From NCBI GenBank assembly GCA_905178155.1, contig CAJINV010000001.1:1-64000 (forward strand): a DNA stretch of 64,000 nt, read 5' to 3'. Origin of the DNA: Amoebophrya sp. A120 (Eukaryota > Protista > Dinoflagellata). The translations under genes were made by a program, and so were the position numbers. Below are positions 62,001 to 64,000 of the stretch, piece after piece. The notes beneath the pieces were generated by a model that searched no databases, had not been told where the DNA came from, and saw nothing but the letters and a program-made list of their open reading frames with translations. How positions within the stretch are numbered: position 1 is the first letter of the stretch; the number at the start of each line of letters is the position of its first letter.

Positions 62001-64000
62001 GTGGTGGCCAAACGTGATCGCTGCGCTTTTGCTCGGTCGGCCGGAAAATGATGGCCGGGGAGCTCTTGTCCGTCACTTTTTCCCGGGCGAAAAGCGATGG
62101 CCAAAAGTGATGGCCAAGGAGCTCTCGGCCACCACTTTTGCCCGATCGGAAAATGATGGCCGAGGAGCTTTCGTCCCTCACTTTTGCCCGACCGGAAGCA
62201 AAGCGATGGCCGCCAAAAGTAGTGGCCGAGGAGCTGCTTTTGGGTGGCCATCACCTTGCCTGCCCGAGCGGAAGGTCATTGACGGCCAAGGAGCTCCTGG
62301 CCGCCATTTTTGCCCGGGGAGACAGGAAGCAACGTTTGCTCGACCGGAAAGCGATGGCCCAACTCTTGCCCGGCCGGAAAGTGATGGCCAAGGAGCTCGC
62401 CGCCCTCACTTTTGCCCGAGTAAAAAGTGATGGCCGAGGAGCTTCTGGCCACCACTTTTGCCCGAGCGAAAAGCAAGGTCAAAAAGTGATGGCCAAGGAG
62501 CTCCTCCCGGCCACCCATCACTTTTGCCCGAGCGAAGGCGAAGAGATCGCCGGGGAGCTCTTGGCCATCACCTTTGCCGTGCCGGAAAGTGATGGCCGAG
62601 GAGTTGATCCCTGTTTTCGGGCGGGAAAACAGGGGCAGTCGGGCTTGTCGACGCTTTCTGTATCAAAATCACACTGAAGTTGATGCGCGGCTTTGTTCTG
62701 CGGCTCGCCAGGGCGTGCAGCATAACACTCTGCGCGACGGTATGGCGTACAGATACAGGGGAGGCGTTGAATCTGTTACACGAAGCTTCTAGACGAGACC
62801 TTCTAAGCACATTCGTTTAGAATTATTTTTCTAAGTGCCTCCTATAGATTATAGCAAAGGGGGAGGGCAAAGTCGTTTCACTATTATTATAATTATCAGG
62901 CTAAAGACCTACATTCTGATCACGTTCATCAACGGCACCGTCGGGACCGTGGATTTCATTCAGAATCTTCTCCTCGGCAACTTTCCCGTGATCTCCAAGG
63001 CCTTGCCCCTCGCCGTCAACGTCGCGCACTTGGTCCAGATTTCCGTGCCGATTATCAGCTTCGCGGGGGCGTACATTGGGTGGCAGTACATTCGGGCGCA
63101 GCGCAGCTACATATCAAATGCAAATCTGTCTGGGTCTGGAAGAGTGGCGGAACTTGTAATGCTGCTCATGCAACACAGGTCCTGTGTTGCATGAGCAGCA
63201 AGAGGAGTCAGTTCTTGGCACGCGGAGAGGGCTTTTGTCATGCGTAACTAGCATCAAGAAGCTCTCAAAAAATCTGTGATGCTAGCACCAGCATCACAGA
63301 CCTGACCGGTCATGCAAAATGTGCTTGATAAGCCCCGACCCTTCCAGACCCAGACATGTTTGCAGTTCATACTACATGGCCAAGTACCACTACGAACAGC
63401 AGAAGCCGCCGCTGCCGCACCCCAGCTTGCCCTGGCCCCCGCCGGCGTTGCCGCCACCCGCGGTGCTGGAGCACATGAGCCGTAAGTAGGGGAAATCATA
63501 TTCATATATCATTCTTTTTTTGTAGTGTGCAGCTTATAATTTGAATTTCTGCTAGTGTCATCTACAACTAGTAGGTCTTGGTTGTGATAAAAAAGAATTG
63601 AATTGAAGTACTTCAACAGCGGAACATATACAGAAATCGGAAAAACATGGCACTACCAATAAAGATAAACTACGCCTCTCCAGGTGAAGTCGAAGCGTTC
63701 CAGAAGAGGTTGCAAGACATGACGGACAAAGACGGCGCTCTGATCATGGAGGTTTCGGTATGGAGTTCTCAAACGTTACATTCTCAACTGTTACATGAAT
63801 TTATGACGCAAGAATGGCAAAAGTGATAGGGCTGATCTTGCGCGTCTTGCATGACAGATTTGGCGCCGATTGTCAGCCTGGTTGGCCCTCTGAGAATTTG
63901 TCACGCGAAGCAGCCTGATGGTGTCGACTCTGAAGGCAATTTTGCATGACAAAAAATCATGCAACAGTTGAGAGCGTAACGCTTGAGAGCGCCACACTCG
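59024..64000 (+). CDS. Membrane protein with a long S/T/G-rich disordered N-terminus, 3'-partial; exons 59024-61422, 61547-61708, 62900-63111, 63377-63481, 63684-63758, continuing past the window
   Basis: GT-AG and introner joins give a continuous TM region (FLGDVFGGAYALMLATLGY...WLKTYILITFING...SFAGAYIGWQY). Confidence 0.75.
61967..62605. repeat. Degenerate tandem array of ~46-bp palindromic units, about 11-12 copies
   Basis: Consensus approximately GAGCTCTTGGCCATCACTTTTGCCCGnnCGGAAAGTGATGGCCAAG. Confidence 0.9.
63112..63371. mobile_element. Introner family A, 260 bp
   Basis: Ends TATCAAATGCAAATCTGTCTGGGTCTGGAAG and CTTCCAGACCCAGACATGTTTGCAGTTCATA; DR CTACA. Confidence 0.95.
63759..63996. 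mobile_element. Introner family D, 238 bp
   Basis: Same TIR as 48023-48259 (TATGGAGTTCTCAAACGTTACATTCTCAACTGTTAC); flanks TTCGG and CTCG (cut by the window end). Confidence 0.9.

Noticed and set aside
61967-62605. CRISPR array
   Set aside because: No unique spacers, degenerate repeats, no cas genes, eukaryotic context

Overview
Eukaryotic genomic DNA, most likely a syndinian dinoflagellate such as Amoebophrya. This is inferred from the intron style and the one-directional gene array, not from a marker gene. Bases ~1-21,000 are gene-poor, with GC-rich patches, duplications and orphan coding fragments. From ~21,800 there is a run of 11 genes, all on the + strand: class-3 lipase, membrane protein, mitochondrial-type HslU, membrane protein, highly divergent tubulin-like protein, EF-hand protein, RING-H2 protein, CIP2A-like ARM/coiled-coil protein, cyclin H-like protein, small coiled-coil protein, and a membrane protein cut by the window end. 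The dominant feature is about 20 MITE-like introns (introners) of 139-430 bp. They have TAT...ATA ends, terminal inverted repeats (TIRs) and 5-bp flanking direct repeats (DRs). In all 18 clear cases I could check by hand, removing the element plus 5 nt restores the reading frame, and none offers a GT-AG boundary in any register. The window also shows mechanistic clues: both orientations are tolerated, the upstream DR is the copy kept in the one informative case, all families share an internal YTGTNATGC motif, and one intron looks like an introner converted to canonical GT-AG. All gene models are hand-spliced and have no transcript support.
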